Assembly (NCBI GenBank): GCA_946965045.2
Contig: OX337228.1
Location: 496,001 to 560,000 of the forward strand
Source: Epithemia pelagica
Taxonomy: Eukaryota; Protista; Bacillariophyta
Direction: 5' to 3'
DNA length: 64,000 nt
Under the pieces are notes generated by a model that saw nothing but the letters and a program-made list of their open reading frames with translations, was not told where the DNA came from and did not search any database. Within the stretch, counting starts at the first letter, position 1; each line of letters starts with the position of its first letter. Shown here one piece after another: positions 10,461 through 23,652 of the stretch. Position numbers and translations under genes: made by a program.

Positions 10461-10555
10461 GTCTTGTCTGCGGTGTGTTAAGTGAATCAACCACAAGACA
10501 CGAGAAGCTGTACTACGTATCGAGACGACTCTACCATAAAGTATAACTTGTGCGA
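10461..10555 (-). repeat. Terminal fragment of the TCGCA...TGCGA LTR-like family
   Basis: Reverse complement of 48104-~48193; ends ...ACTTGTGCGA at 10555. Confidence 0.8.
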
Positions 10556-10608
10556 CGGATTCTACTCCTATCAAAAATTATCGGAAACATCTTGTAGTAC
10601 CTACTTAC

Positions 10609-10824
10609 TGCGGTACCCCTATATGGATCCCGCCATACGTGTCGTCACGTTCCATTCCCGGTTCGCGTTCTTGACACTGCGACATGAATCTCCCACCATC
10701 TGGCTGTTCCTCCTCCAGTCATTTCTCGTCGCACGTGGCACTGCGGATTCCTCATTCCCCCTAATTCCTCCGAATTCCTAAAGATCACAATTTTTATACC
10801 ATGCTATTTTACATGGGTATGGCA
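10609..10824 (+). repeat. Gypsy 5' LTR
   Basis: TG...CA, direct repeat of 15573-15788. Confidence 0.95.
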
Positions 10825-10951
10825 CTCTGATCAGAAGTTCAAAAACTTCCCCCAGCACTCTTTCACCATAACCACTTACCGTTCTTTGACCGATCCTCGT
10901 TGATCTCATCATCCTTTGATTCCTTTTCTTCCCTTTCTTTGCAGTCTCATC

Positions 10952-13900
10952 ATGAGCACAGGATCTTCCCTCGTCTCAATTGCGGATGTTCAACGCTTCC
11001 AAAAGCGCTTTGATCAAGCCTCGGCTTCAGATTCTTCCTCTGCTCTTTCCACCCTCAAGATGAAAGACGACAACGATGACAAGTACTATGTCCGTCTCAT
11101 ACCATTTCGAGATGGCGTGGATGAAGAGCCCTCGAATCTCTTCCTTTGGGTCCTCCATTTTGTTGACAAGGTCAAGATCTCCGGTCATCCAGAGCCCTTT
11201 GCTGCCTGTTGCACCTACTTTCCTCGTGTTGTTACCACAAGTCTCATTGCGGACAAGTTCCATGTTGCATTTCAGGCCCTGCCTGATGGCGCTGACCTTG
11301 ATGAAGCGTGTTTTAAACAGTTGATTGCTACAATCTTCGAACCCAAGTTGACTGTTTCCGAAGTCAACGCCTTCCGGGCACACCTCCTTTGCGGTCCTCG
11401 CAAGCCACCTGACATGACCGTTGATATTCATTATCACACCCTCCAAAAGATTTCGAACGGTCTCCGTTATTTGTCTAACGACAACGCTGTTCAGGCTCTC
11501 ACCGACGATGAGCTGAAGCAAGCCTTCTATCTTGGCTCCCCGGTTGCTTGGCGCAACGACTTCAAGACGGCCAATCCCTTGGTTGCAGATCTGGTGAATC
11601 ATTTCAATGTCACCGACCTCCTTCAAGCAATGCGTGGCTATCAACGGGCCTCTCAAGAAAAGATGGCTGCCAATACACAGTCCCAGGCCAAGTCCCGCAA
11701 TCCTCGCGATGATTCCACTTCTCGTGGTTCTTCCTCCAAGCATTTCCGCTCCTCTAATGGTGGTCGTGGCGGTCTCCGCGGCGGCAATCGCCACACCAAT
11801 GGTGAACGCCAAGCGTCCGGTGATCGTCCAGTCAATGACGGCGATGCCTGTCCTTACAGGGACACAATTTTCTCCGCAATGCCGATCGAACGGACCCCGG
11901 TATGTGTTCTTCTTCCTTTTTTGCTTCATCCTCTCCGGATGTCTCTCATCATCTTGATGTTCTTTTTGCTCAGCAATGTCACATCCAGACTGGCCCTCCA
12001 CAGGCTATGCTGGCCGAGAATGCCATCCTCAGGCCCCAATCCTCGAGGTCCGCCAACAATTGTTCAAGATCTACGGGCGTAACATGGATATCGCCCACAT
12101 CTACCACTTGTCCTCCCCTGGAGGCAACGCCGAATACCAACGCTTCCCCATGTCTTAAGGAATGCCCAAATCCTACGGATGCTGTCATCGCTGACATCGT
12201 TGATCCCAATAATGGTTTTTTATCTAACCTAGATCACTATGAAGATGTCTACTCATCTAGTTCTGTCTCTGACGCTCCTAGTTTCTCTAGTCCCCTTTCG
12301 GTCGCTCCCTCTGAGCCTCCGTCCGTTCCCCTCACCATTTTGATGGCTCGGTCCATTGGTGGAGTCGAGAACACCGTCCCGTTGCGTGCCCTGCTCGATT
12401 CAGGCGCCGACAAGACGATCCTGCACGCGCGTTGTCTTCAGCCCGGCATGCATCCACGTGTAACCAATCGGTCTGTCAATACCACCATGGGTACGCGCGA
12501 CCACGTCTCCGAGATTCTTCTCGGAGATTTGGTTCTCCCCGAGTTTTCTCGGACCAAACACATTTCATACCCCCTTTGGGCCGACATCTTTGATGCCCCC
12601 AATTGTCGTTGCGATATCATTATTGGCCGCGATCTCTTGCGTCGCTTGGGCATTGTGCTCAATTTCAACACTGGTCTCACAACTTGGGACTCAGTCGATG
12701 TCGCTATGCGCCATCGCGATTCATTCGCTACCGACCAGACATTGATGTCTCATTTCATCGACATCTTTGCCGACAATCCCATTATTGGTGATCAATTCCT
12801 CTTGGATTCCAACTACGTTCCTACGGATCTACAAGAGTTGATCAATAAACAAGACCATCTTACCGATGACCAAAAGCAAGATCTTCTTGCCATTTGGCAA
12901 GACTGTGGCAAGATTTTTGATGGTGAGCTCCGTGAATACCCGGATCGAACGCTCCATCTACATCTCAAGCCTGATGCCCAGCCTGTCCATCATCGCCATT
13001 TCTCGGTCCCTCGAAACATACACGATACCTTTACAAAGGAGCTGTGGCGCTTCGTCGACATCGGCATCCTTGAGCGCGTCGGTTCCACCGAATGGGCTGC
13101 TCCTCACTTTGCCATTCCTAAAAAGGATGGCCGCATCCGAATGATTTCGGACTTTCGTTCTTTGAACGCCCAACTCTACCGTCGGGTCTACCCCTTTCCT
13201 CTTATCGAGGATATGCTTCGTAAACGGAAAGGCTACAAATATTTTACCAAGTTGGACATCTCCATGTGTTTTTACACATTCCGCCTCGATGAGGAATCGA
13301 GCAATCTTTGCGTCATTACTACGCCTTTTGGCAAATTCCCTTACCGTCGTCTGCCGATGGGTGTCAAACAATCTCCTGACTTTTGTCAAGAGATAATGGA
13401 AGACGTCCTCAGTGACTTCAGCGACCATGTCGAAGTCTATATCGACGACATTGGCATCTTCTCCAATTCTTGGGAAGAACATGTGGACATCCTGTCCAAA
13501 GTTCTCCAACTTCTTCAAGAAAAGAACTTCTCCATTAACCCTTCCAAGTGTGAATGGGCCGTTAAAGAAACGGAATGGCTCGGCCATTGGCTTACACCCA
13601 CTGGGATCAAACCCTGGAAAAAGAAAATCTCTGCGTTTGGTCCCCGCAATGTCAACGTGCTTTCGAACAAGCCAAGTCCATGCTCGCACATGATGCCTTT
13701 CTTCGGTATCCCGACCATAACCTTTCCTTCCATGTCTATGTGGACGCCTTTGATTACCAGCTTGGCGCTGTAATCATGCAACAAGACGTTCCCGTCGCAT
13801 ATTACTCTCGCAAGTTGAACCCTGCTCAACGCAACTACACTACTATGGAAAAGAAGTTGCTCTCAATTGTCGAAACCCTGAAAGAGTTCCGCTCCATGCT

Positions 13901-15493
13901 TCTCGGCTGTGCCAAACTGCACGTCCATACGGACCATAAGAATCTTACCTATGCTACCCTCAACTTGCGCGGGTCCTCCGTTGGCGGTTGTTCCTCGAGG
14001 AGTACAATCCGATTTTTCATTACGTCCCTGGCCAGGACAATGTCATCGCCGACGCCTTGTCGCATCTCCCTCTCTCTAAAGAGGAGGAGAAGAGTGTCTC
14101 TCCGTCGTCGACCTCCTCTACGGATGCCTCGCCGCATCCATGATCGCTCTATGATCATAGCGGACAACACTCAGTGTTGCAAGTGCCTCATGGCCCTAAT
14201 GATGACCCCCGCTCTCATCACTCGCGTGATCCCGACGCTTTCAAATCTCCCATCTTCATGGATGAGGATTTGATCGATGTCTACCTCAATCATCCTCCCA
14301 TTACGGCAAATCAACCCTTGCCTGTCGACTACGCGACGATTCATCACCGTCAACAGAACGATGCCACTCTTGTGGCCAAGTTGACCGAACAACCCCAGAG
14401 ATTTCATCTCCAGCCTTTTCCTACGGAAAATCCGCAATACAACTTGATTTGTTATCGTCAGAATTCTAATGCCGCATGGCGTATTCGCATCCCAGACAGC
14501 CTCTTGGCCCACACCGTTAATTGGTATCACCTATCCCTCATTCACTTGGGGTCTACATGTCTTCATGAGACGATTTCTATACACATGAGTCATCCTGACT
14601 TGGGCCTGTATTGTGAACAAGCCGGGTCGAGTTGTGCTACCTGCCAACGCTCTAAAGTCATACATCGCCATTACGGTGAACTCCCTCCTTGCAAGGTCCG
14701 AGGCAATCCATGGGCTGACATCTCTGTCGACCTCATTGGACCGTGGAACGTCACCGTTCATGGGCAGAAATTAACATTTCAAGCCTTGACTATTATTGAC
14801 AATGTCACTAATTTCTGCGAGCTCATTCGCATCCATGATAAGACGGCACGTCATGTGGGTCTTCAATTGGAAAACGCGTGGCTCTCACACTATCCTCGTC
14901 CCGTTCGTTGCCTTTTTGATCAAGGCGGTGAATTTATTGGACATGCGTTCTCGCAAGTTCTTCGCAATCATGGCATCAAGCCAGTACCATTGACGGCCAA
15001 GAATCCTCAATCAAATGCTCTTTGCGAGCAGTTACATCTGACTGTTGGAAACACTCATCGTGTGATCACCAACTATGAACCACCACAAGATGCGCAGAAT
15101 GCTGCACTTGCTGTGGATACTGCTCTGTAGACCGCTGCGTATTCCACTCGCACTGCCATTCATGGCGCCTTGAAATATTCTCCCGGCAGCCTTGCGTTCC
15201 ATCGCGACATGCTGTTCGACATCCCTATTATCGCGGACATGGAAACAGTCCGTCTGAAACGACAACAGATTGTCGATGAACGCGCTCGTCTCGCAAATCG
15301 CTCTCGTGTCTTTCATGACTACGCGGTCAACGATCGTGTGTTGCTTCGCGCCACGAATCCAGACAAGCTTGAGCTCCGCACAAGCCCTAATCCCTTTCGG
15401 ATTACACAAGTCCATTCCAATGGCACTGTGACTATCCAACGTGGTCCCCACGTCACTACATTCGTCGTCTTGTTCCATTTCGTGAATAAATAA
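10952..15493 (+). pseudogene. pol: Gypsy gag-pol with a ~400-bp gag deletion and several frameshifts/stops
   Basis: PR RALLDSGA; RT YIDDIG and LDISMCFY; RNase [14 protein letters not shown] and HTDHKNL; IN H..L.H.G...C.TCQ, DLIGP, DQGGEF; split over ORFs 10916, 11902, 13575, 14174, 15170. Confidence 0.93.
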
Positions 15494-15558
15494 TGGGTTT
15501 TAATGCTGGCCTCCAAGCTTTCCCATTTTTGTCCCGCTCGAACTCCCTAGGTTGGACC

Positions 15559-15572
15559 AGGGAGAGGTAGAG
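15559..15572 (+). other. Polypurine tract of the Gypsy element
   Basis: AGGGAGAGGTAGAG directly before the 3' LTR. Confidence 0.85.
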
Positions 15573-15788
15573 TGCGGTACCCCTATATGGATCCCGCCAT
15601 ACGTGTCGTCACGTTCCATTCCCGGTTCGCGTTCTTGACACTGCGACATGAATCTCCCACCATCTGGCTGTTCCTCCTCCAGTCATTTCTCGTCGCACGT
15701 GGCACTGTGGATTCCTCATTCCCCCTAATTCCTCCGAATTCCCAAAGATCACAATTTTTGTACCGTGCTATTTTACATGGGTATGGCA
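15573..15788 (+). repeat. Gypsy 3' LTR
   Basis: TG...CA, followed by CTACC, which matches the 5' flank of the inverted copy. Confidence 0.95.
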
Positions 15789-15991
15789 CTACCTACTCCT
15801 AATCATTATGTTCTCGAAAATTCAAGTGTTTGCTGCATGACAATACTACCTATTGAAATAACATGTGAATCCTTTTAGTATAACTAAAATCGAATATCAG
15901 GGGGGAGTTGATTCAGGCTATCTACCTAGATGATTTGCATGTACTTTTATGTTGCACTGAGAGAGGGTCGAGCGATCACGACTCTCATCCA

Positions 15992-18757
15992 TCAATGACC
16001 GTTATTGAGCTTGACCATCTTGCAGCTGCGTGAGCCAAAGTCAGGTACAGCCATGTACGATCCAACCTCGGAGCGGGGGAGTCCAATGATACCCGCTCGT
16101 TCCCCCGCACGCACATTGATTGGTTCGTATTCGTCACCGGAATCGGAATCGTAGCCCACAATGAATGGGACATAGCGACCCGATAATCCGTGTCGTTGTC
16201 CTTGACTCGAAACGTACATGGCTCCATCCCATCCCAGATCTATGAGTTCGTCCATGCTGTGGTAGCTGGCAATATGGCGAAATTTGCCAGTGGTTGGCTC
16301 TCGGGGCAGCTTACTACCTTCTTTCACATAGGGGGATTCGGCGTAGTCTCCGTCCTTGGATGGTAGGTAGGGAGTATATTTACCCGGCTTGATCAAACGC
16401 GCGACTGCTTTTCGCTTCTTGCTGTACTTGAGATGCATGAATGCTTGCAAAGGATATTGCATGGATCTACCAGAGCGCATGCTATGATATGTTCCTTCCA
16501 ACGGATTTCGTCGAACCTCACCACGACGAGGGGGTTCGGTGCTGCTGTCCACAAAGAACGAGAAACGATCCTTGGGCAAAGAACCAAAGAATTCCTTCAT
16601 GATCCCGGCGGTACGTTCGACCATATCCCCACCCCCATCTCCATCAGGTTGATCCAATGTTGCAAGAAACATACCGACGAAATGGGAGAGTCCTTGCATT
16701 GTAAAATTCAAATCGGACGCCAAAAAGCCTCCTGGTTTCATTTTGCGACCTCCCATGGTCCTTCCCATGCGTACCTCGTCTGGTGCTCCTCGCAATGCTT
16801 GTGAGATAATCCTGTTCCAACCCTTTACAAGCCGTATCTATGATCCCACCCATGAACGAAAAAAGAAGTGAGACTACGATTGCCACAAATTCAAACGCAT
16901 TGAGAATACGAGGGAGGAAAAACCAAACATACCATGCCTTCTCCAAGTACATGGAGAAACTCTAGTAAAATACCGCTCACAACTGGGAAATTGATGGGGA
17001 GTACGTAATCTTCATCCTCATCCATGCTATCTCGCAACGTGTTGATCTGGACTATAATTTGTTCGGTGGAGGCCAGATTTTTTCGTTCTTCTTTGGACGT
17101 TTTGTGGGGAACCGAGTACGCCACGACGTCGTCTTCACCGTCTAGAGTATCGTCTGGCGTCCAATCGCGCAACACAAGTCGACAGTACGACGAACAAAAG
17201 TCTTCCGGATTGATTTCTTCCAGTGTCCCGGCTTGATTTCTTCCAGTGTCCTGTAAACCAATGAAAGTACCGTTGGTTTCTGTGAGTGTTTTACAATACT
17301 ATGTACACATGTCACTCAAGAAAGCACAGAAAAGTGGAAAAAGGGAAAACGCAGCATATCTCATCATCATCATACCTGAGACCTTGGTCCGGCAATCGGC
17401 TATTCATTTGTGCACGTCGTTGCAGAGAGGCAGCAAAAGGCTCCTGCTCGTCACCACCCAATACGGAAGAGGCCTGCTGGGATGCCTGTGTCGAGCTCAT
17501 ACCCCAGGCCATCCAAAACTGTTTGGAAAAGGAACCCTTTTCTACAAGGGCACGTCCTGCTACCCAGATTGCCTTGGTCTTGGAAAAGACCTGGTCGAGA
17601 TTCTCCAGAAAGGGTACTTTTAGTTCATCCATCTGTGATGGAGACAGTTGGGATTTCATTGCATGATACAAGTGGAGGGTCATTCGAAGTTGTCCCAAGG
17701 AATCAATGGTAGCGGACCCAAGAGCGATGGAGCACATGTAGGTTCCATACAGCAGGTACTCTCCACCCACTACCGGGTTCCAAAAGGCCAGTCGCTCCGT
17801 TTCGGAAGGATCCAAAAAGGCTAGTCGAGCATCGTAGTTTGTGGCAGACACTGGCTGGGCAAAATGAACTACATTGCCAAACAGTTGTACATTGGCATAA
17901 AAGGTGGGCGCATTCTGTGTTCCAGGTGACGATGATGAGGATGATTTGGAAGGATCTTCCTGTATCCGCTGCAACTGCGAAAAGAGTTTGTTGTAGGATT
18001 GTTTGGTGTACGAGGCCAACCGTGCCAAATCTCCATTGCCTTGAATGACCAAAATGGCGGTGAGCATGGCATGCAGACCAAACGTGAGAGCGACTGGAAC
18101 GGGCGCTGTGCAGTCCTGGCCACGGGTTCGGACCTGTTGATGCAGCATGTGGAGGACTGGGAGGAGTTGTGGGACCTCCGGCAATTGGTGCCAGGGAGCG
18201 GCCCACGCAATGGCAATCACTTCGGGTAGAATTTTTCCCGCCAAGGTTTCGTCCAAATCTCCCCGAATGCCCGTGGCCGGACGACGGAGTTCGTCAAATT
18301 CAATGCCCCAAAAGCCCGGTCTCCCAATGAGCTTTTGGTTGGGTTCCACAATATCCAGCACCATTTGCACAATTTTCTGCGTATTCAAAATACACCGGTC
18401 TTGACCGATATGGGGACTGGGTCCGAACCAGGAATGGGGTGGAGACGCACCGGCTTGTTGTAAATCCCGAATGAGCAAGGTATTGTTGCCGACTTCAAAG
18501 GCCAACATGTTTTCATAGGCCATGGCTTGAAACACGACACGGGCAATTCGTTGCACAGCGGCATGTGGCAAACCCGTTTGTCGCACAAAGCGTTGGACCT
18601 TTCCCGAAATTCGGTCGGCACCTCGATTGTGGAAGGCACATTCCACAATTTCGGCCACAAAGTTCAAGACCGGCGCATGATGAGTATCTTTTGTATTATT
18701 GGTGGTGGTTTTGTTCTGTGTTTGCGGTTGTGGTTGTTCTTGTTCCAAGGCTGCCAC
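15992..18757 (-). pseudogene. 5'-truncated duplicate of the DUF6604-like gene (3' part)
   Basis: 15920-18757 is a direct copy of 54945-57750; 23-bp tandem duplication at 17205-17250 frameshifts exon 2; TGG->TAG near 16810; N-terminal part absent. Confidence 0.85.
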
Positions 18758-18885
18758 CGAAATGTACCTGGTGACTCTCAGGATGCGTAGAACCAAGTTG
18801 GGACTTTGAAGTAAGGAACTGAGTGATACGACACGCAACCAGTGAGAATCCACTACTTTTTCAGCCTGAACGTTTTATCATGGTT

Positions 18886-19356
18886 CTACAGCAAGTTTGG
18901 TGATACCCACTCTAAAATATATGCATTTGGATGGGTTTTATTTTGTTTTGGGTTTGTTTGGTACCCCCCTCCTTTGTTGTTCCGTTGGGCCGCTTCGGCC
19001 AAGTACAAGTGAGCACATCGTTGGACGGACATTTTCTTGGGAGACGATGGCCGTGTTGTTGTCAGTACCGCCTCCTTTGTAGGATCGTTTGTTTGTGTCG
19101 TGTAGTGCATTGTCATTCGCAAGGATGCGTTGGTATCGTTGATTGTTGTACGTTTGGAGGATTCGTCGCGGTAGCATTGTGTTTGGAATGAAAGTGTGCG
19201 CACCAGCAATTGCAGCGCCAGGAATGTCCCTTGGGTTGTTAGAGACAGCATGGACAACACGGTTGGACTTGGGAGGGTCCATGGGTGTTGTTCCATCCAC
19301 AACAGCCAGATGGGCCTCGTGGTGTTTGCGTTGTGGTTGTTCTGAGTTTGTGTCAA
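18886..19356 (-). other. Possible remnant N-terminus of a membrane/secreted protein abutting the truncated DUF6604 copy
   Basis: 156-aa ORF with a hydrophobic stretch and a T-rich linker, like neighbouring type II membrane genes; no family motif recognised. Confidence 0.3.
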
Positions 19357-19373
19357 AATTGGGAGCAGCCGAC

Positions 19374-19451
19374 GCGCCTTGGGGGTGAGTAAGGGAATAC
19401 AGGCGCAGCGTATTCGATCACGCGGGACTCACTCACCCCTGCTTGGGGGTA
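19374..19451 (-). mobile_element. Mini-MITE-like inverted-repeat module (GGGTGAGT...ACTCACCC)
   Basis: Reverse strand reads TACCCCCAAGCAGGGGTGAGT-~40 nt-ACTCACCCCCAAGGCGC, as in the arms of the 3-kb element (2746-2825). Confidence 0.6.
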
Positions 19452-21039
19452 AGGTTTTGTCGAGGGAAAGGGTAATCGTTTGCGCCGGGAGGGAGGACGT
19501 TGCGCGTCAGAGCCTGTCGACCTCTTATACTCGCGTCACAAAAAATAACGCCAACCCCTACGTTTGGCCAAGACCAAAAGGGCGACAAGTCCTGGTCCCG
19601 GAGAGATGAACGATGGTCTTTTCCCCAACCAGAATCCCGAGCCCCCCAACCATTCTTCCCTAGAAGTATTGATGGCCACAGCGACCATCCAGTACTAGTC
19701 TACGTATATTTACGTATGTAGAGAAATGTACCAACTACGTATGTAGGGCATGGAATTTGGAATCTTGCTTCTACTGAGGACTTCCAGTATAGGAAGACTA
19801 TGGCTTAGTTGCGAAAACTACCCGTCGTCACAAAGGAGATTTCAAGTTTTTGAGTGAAACAAAGTACTCCATTGGCTTGGGCTTGGTTCGACTTGGCAAA
19901 GGACCAGTATTCCGATGATGGCTATACAATAAAACCAACATGGCAAAGGTTGTGGATACAGTGAAAGGTCTACTGTTCATTTCAGCCTCTGGTTTCCGTA
20001 CTTTCGAGCCAGAATGTCTACAATAGCTACTGCTCACATTCCGACACAATGGTGGAATCGTGGGATGACTCATGTGTTTAAGAAGTCAATTATCTTTGAC
20101 TCCAAACCACTGGGACCAAATCCATCATTTTAACCTCCCACTTTTCCATTCCGTGGTGGCAATCCACATACTTGCACCCGACTGGAAACAAGAGTGTTTC
20201 TGGTAGCTAATGTACGAGAGGTATCAACCTTCTCTGCCTACTCCCAGTGTAATGTATAGCTATAGTGACTGCCTTGTTCATGTATTGCTATTTCCATCGG
20301 TTGCCAGTAGATGAATCCTCATCAATCAACCTGGCTAGCTTAAACCCTACATGGAAGCAAAGAGTCCGGCTAACCGTAGAACAGTTCTAAATTGGACTGC
20401 ACTGTTGTATCATTTGACACTTACCCCATACCCTATACATCTCCATGGTTGGTTGTTGATCCACGGGTGGCATGGGTGGTGCTGGCAAGGGATCCTGCCG
20501 GACGTGCCTCTTTCCTGGGGCATCCTCAAAGTCGACCTACATGGTATGGGCTCTGCTTTTTCATCCTTTCCCTTTTCTGTTCTACAAAATGTAGTAACAA
20601 CCACAAGAGAGACAGTCCGTATCATCTACGGCAAGTTACTCTATTGCCAGAAACCTTTTGTATCTACTTCTATTGCATTGCTCTAGCTAGTAGGTACTCG
20701 TAGACACTACTAGATATGGTTAGTATGATTCCATTGCCGTATCTGGTCTGTACGTAGCTAACCTACCAGAAATTCTGATGGCCATTCGGCCAACTAACTT
20801 TGAAGACGCGGATCATTGTCAATTACTACGGAGCTACCGGCGTCGAGACTATTTCTAGTCATCGCAAAATTGTCGGCCAAATGGCCATCAGAAGGCGCGA
20901 TTTTACCGCGACTTGGCCAACAAAACCGAGGTAATGGACATCCCCAGAACCAGAAAGCAATCGTTTTGTTGTCGAATTCATCCTTGTTGTTTTTATCATC
21001 CTACAAATCGTCACAAGAACGATCCAATCCTTCTGTACA

Positions 21040-22731
21040 ATGCATCCAACAACACCAACAAGGACGATATGGAGCCGGTTCCTGGAACTAATACTAGGAT
21101 CTAGACAAGGACGACAAAGACAACGACGACGAACAGTGGTGGCATGGATCTTGATTGTCTGTCTGGTCTTTTTGAATTTGCTCCACCAAGAATTACAAAC
21201 GGCGCCGACGTTTTCCGTCGATAATATGCAGTAAATCAACACTACCAACACCACATCAACACCAACCACAACTCGTAACAAAGACATGGAGGAGGAGCAT
21301 ATCACAGCTCCACATGAATTCCTCCAGCAATAAGCACCGCCACCAGAATTGGGAACACCAGGCGATCCTCCCTGTCGAGTGGCTGTGGAAAACAAAATGG
21401 ATTATCATTACGAAGTCATCGAAAGTACCATTTTGAAATATCCCATTCCCTGGCATCGTCTCAATTGCAGTACGTCGACCGTTATTGTCTTTGATGTCGC
21501 CTTGGCCGAAAACCATTACTTTTACCTCGGCGCAACCGAAACAGGCACCAGTTTGTCCAAGTCCAGTTATGTGCGATATTTCAATACAGTCTTGTCGGGG
21601 ACGATTCGACGTCGATCCGATGGCACACTGGCACAATTTGGTCGCGTGGTCCAGTATTCCCACTATTACCGACATCCCGAACAGTACAATTATCATGCCT
21701 TTATTGGGGTGAGTTGCGATTCGTACAAGTTTCAACCGTGGTTGCAAAATCGACCCCGACGACATTACTGTGTCTTGCATGGAACCTGTCCCTCCTGTAC
21801 CCCGCAACAACTGCAAACGGGTCAAGTGTGTTGGGTCACACCCTTGATGCACCCCGCCTGTCATTTCCTCCCCTCCGATTTGCCCCAATTTGATGCCAAC
21901 AATCACAATGCCATTGTCGTCGGCAACACAACAACCCCAAATACGACAACAACAGCAACCGCCAGTCTTGCTCGTTCTTCGTCTCCCTTTTCTCCATCTG
22001 GACCATCACCATCACAATCCTCGAGGAACCAGACGACGAATAGGACCATTACCCTGTGTCCCAGTGGAACCAAGAGGCAAACCGCCTTGATTCAGGCCTT
22101 GAACGACTTGGTGCAACAAGAAGAACAAGACTCCAAGAACCACCACAACAACACCAACAACAGCCACCCTCCACCAATCCTGCGGTTTCGCGTCTTGTTG
22201 CATGCCCGTCAGAGTGCGGGGTCGGCTCATCGTCGATGGGCGGACGAGTATGGCCAACAACAAGAGTCGTTGCCGTGGATTCGACACCGTGTCACGATTG
22301 TGCCCGAACAAGGTGACTTTGTCGAGTTTCAACGCCGGATTGCCACCCAGTGTCACGTGTTGCTTCCCTTGGTCGACCCCAGTTCCACGCCCCAATACTT
22401 TCATGACGCGGACGACGACGGCCCCCACCAAACCAAATTAACGGGCTTTGTCAGTCAAGCCGTCGCCTATCGCCTACCAATGGTTGCCCATGTCGACTTG
22501 AAACGCATTTATCAAGACTATTGGACGGCACCCGTCATTACATATGGTACACCCAGCAGGACAAAAACGACGACAACTCGCCCATTCGTGGCCTCCAATC
22601 ATACCACCACAACCATAACCACGGATTCCGCCGAGAACCGTCGTTCCCCAGCACCATCACCCTCCCCTTCCTTGACGGACGCCTTGCGACAGGCGATGCG
22701 ACTGTGGCAACAAGAAGAGAATCCTGTTTGA
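21040..22731 (+). pseudogene. Type II membrane protein, possible glycosyltransferase-like, with two in-frame TAA codons
   Basis: Basic tail plus TM helix (RRRTVVAWILIVCLVFLNLL), T-rich stem and 460-aa lumenal domain in one frame; stops at 21232-21234 and 21331-21333. The GT assignment is tentative. Confidence 0.6.
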
Positions 22732-22986
22732 AGAAGATTGCAACTCGGCTTCCAACCACTACTACGAATCATTGGGTCGTAAAATCAACTGGAGTGTACG
22801 GAGTGACCATATCACATCAGTCCATTCCCCCCACAAAAACAGAGGAGGAAGAAAAGAGGTCTTGCCTTGTTTCGTTGGAACCAGTGGAATCGATTCTGTA
22901 TCGCACGTTTTGCGTAGAGAAGACGACGGAGCATTTTGTATCTTGTGCGGTGGTTTTTGTGTTGGAACGGTCGACGCGCTCGCCGC

Positions 22987-23022
22987 ACCAAGACCAAGCG
23001 GTCGCCTGTGGGTAGTCTTGGT
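22987..23022. promoter_or_regulatory. 8-bp dyad ACCAAGAC-N20-GTCTTGGT upstream of the GT10-like 5' fragment
   Basis: The paralogous dyad ACCAGGAC-N20-GTCCTGGT (25065-25077 + 31380-31402) shows a compensatory change; a third, imperfect copy is at 19567-19596. Confidence 0.45.
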
Positions 23023-23238
23023 CCCGGATACTAGAGTCATTCTCGCTCTCTTTTCCCAACCAAAAAACGAGAACTCTCTTTGTGCATAGATCGCGATTAG
23101 ATCGATTGTTCTCTCTCTTGGTGTGTTGGAACCAACCGAGTGCGTTGCCACTCCACCACCACGTATCAAGAAGGAGACTGCGTTCCCAGACAGTCAGAAA
23201 GAGAGAGAAAAAGAGAGAGGGGTGGTACCATCATTATC

Positions 23239-23652
23239 ATGCCATGGCGAGAACGGAGTGCTGGTGCTGCCAGTCGACGACAGCAAGGGACCGTTTCGAC
23301 TGGCTTGCGGCAACCGCAACAACAACCAAAGTCTCGTCGCCGTCCTCCTCCTCCTCCTTCGAGTCGGTCGTTGCGGCTTGTCGTTGTGTGGATTGGACTC
23401 GTTGTTGTATGCCTGTTGTGGCACCGACTGGTTCACTTTTGGCATGTGCTCTTGGACGAACGACAACAAGACGAACAAGCACTTTATGACAGTTTTGTTC
23501 CGTTGCCACGACAACCACCATCAACATTCACCGCCACCACAAGAAGCAGCATTCCAGCAACCGCACCATCAATATCAGCACCAGCACCAAGGGAATCCTT
23601 GGGCGAACTATACCATTACAGTGCACGTAATGAAAAGTCGATTCATGGGTAG
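23239..23652 (+). pseudogene. 5' fragment duplicate of the GT10-like gene (tail, TM helix, start of stem)
   Basis: MPWRERSAGA...RLVVVWIGLVVVCLLWHRLV matches 31639 onward; homology stops at ~23600. Confidence 0.85.

Larger units (their letters stand above)
10609..15788 (+). mobile_element. Ty3/Gypsy LTR retrotransposon, full length but degenerate
   Basis: 216-bp LTRs (10609-10824, 15573-15788; 4 differences counted by eye), PPT 15559-15572, domain order gag-PR-RT-RH-IN. Confidence 0.96.

Noticed and set aside
19830-20700. Coding remnant in the region upstream of the 21040 gene
   Set aside because: All frames are interrupted and no family motif was recognised.
21232-21333. TAA reassigned to Gln (ciliate-type code)
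   Set aside because: TAA terminates conserved ORFs elsewhere in the window (e.g. Copia-1 pol at 31100-31102), so point mutation is simpler.
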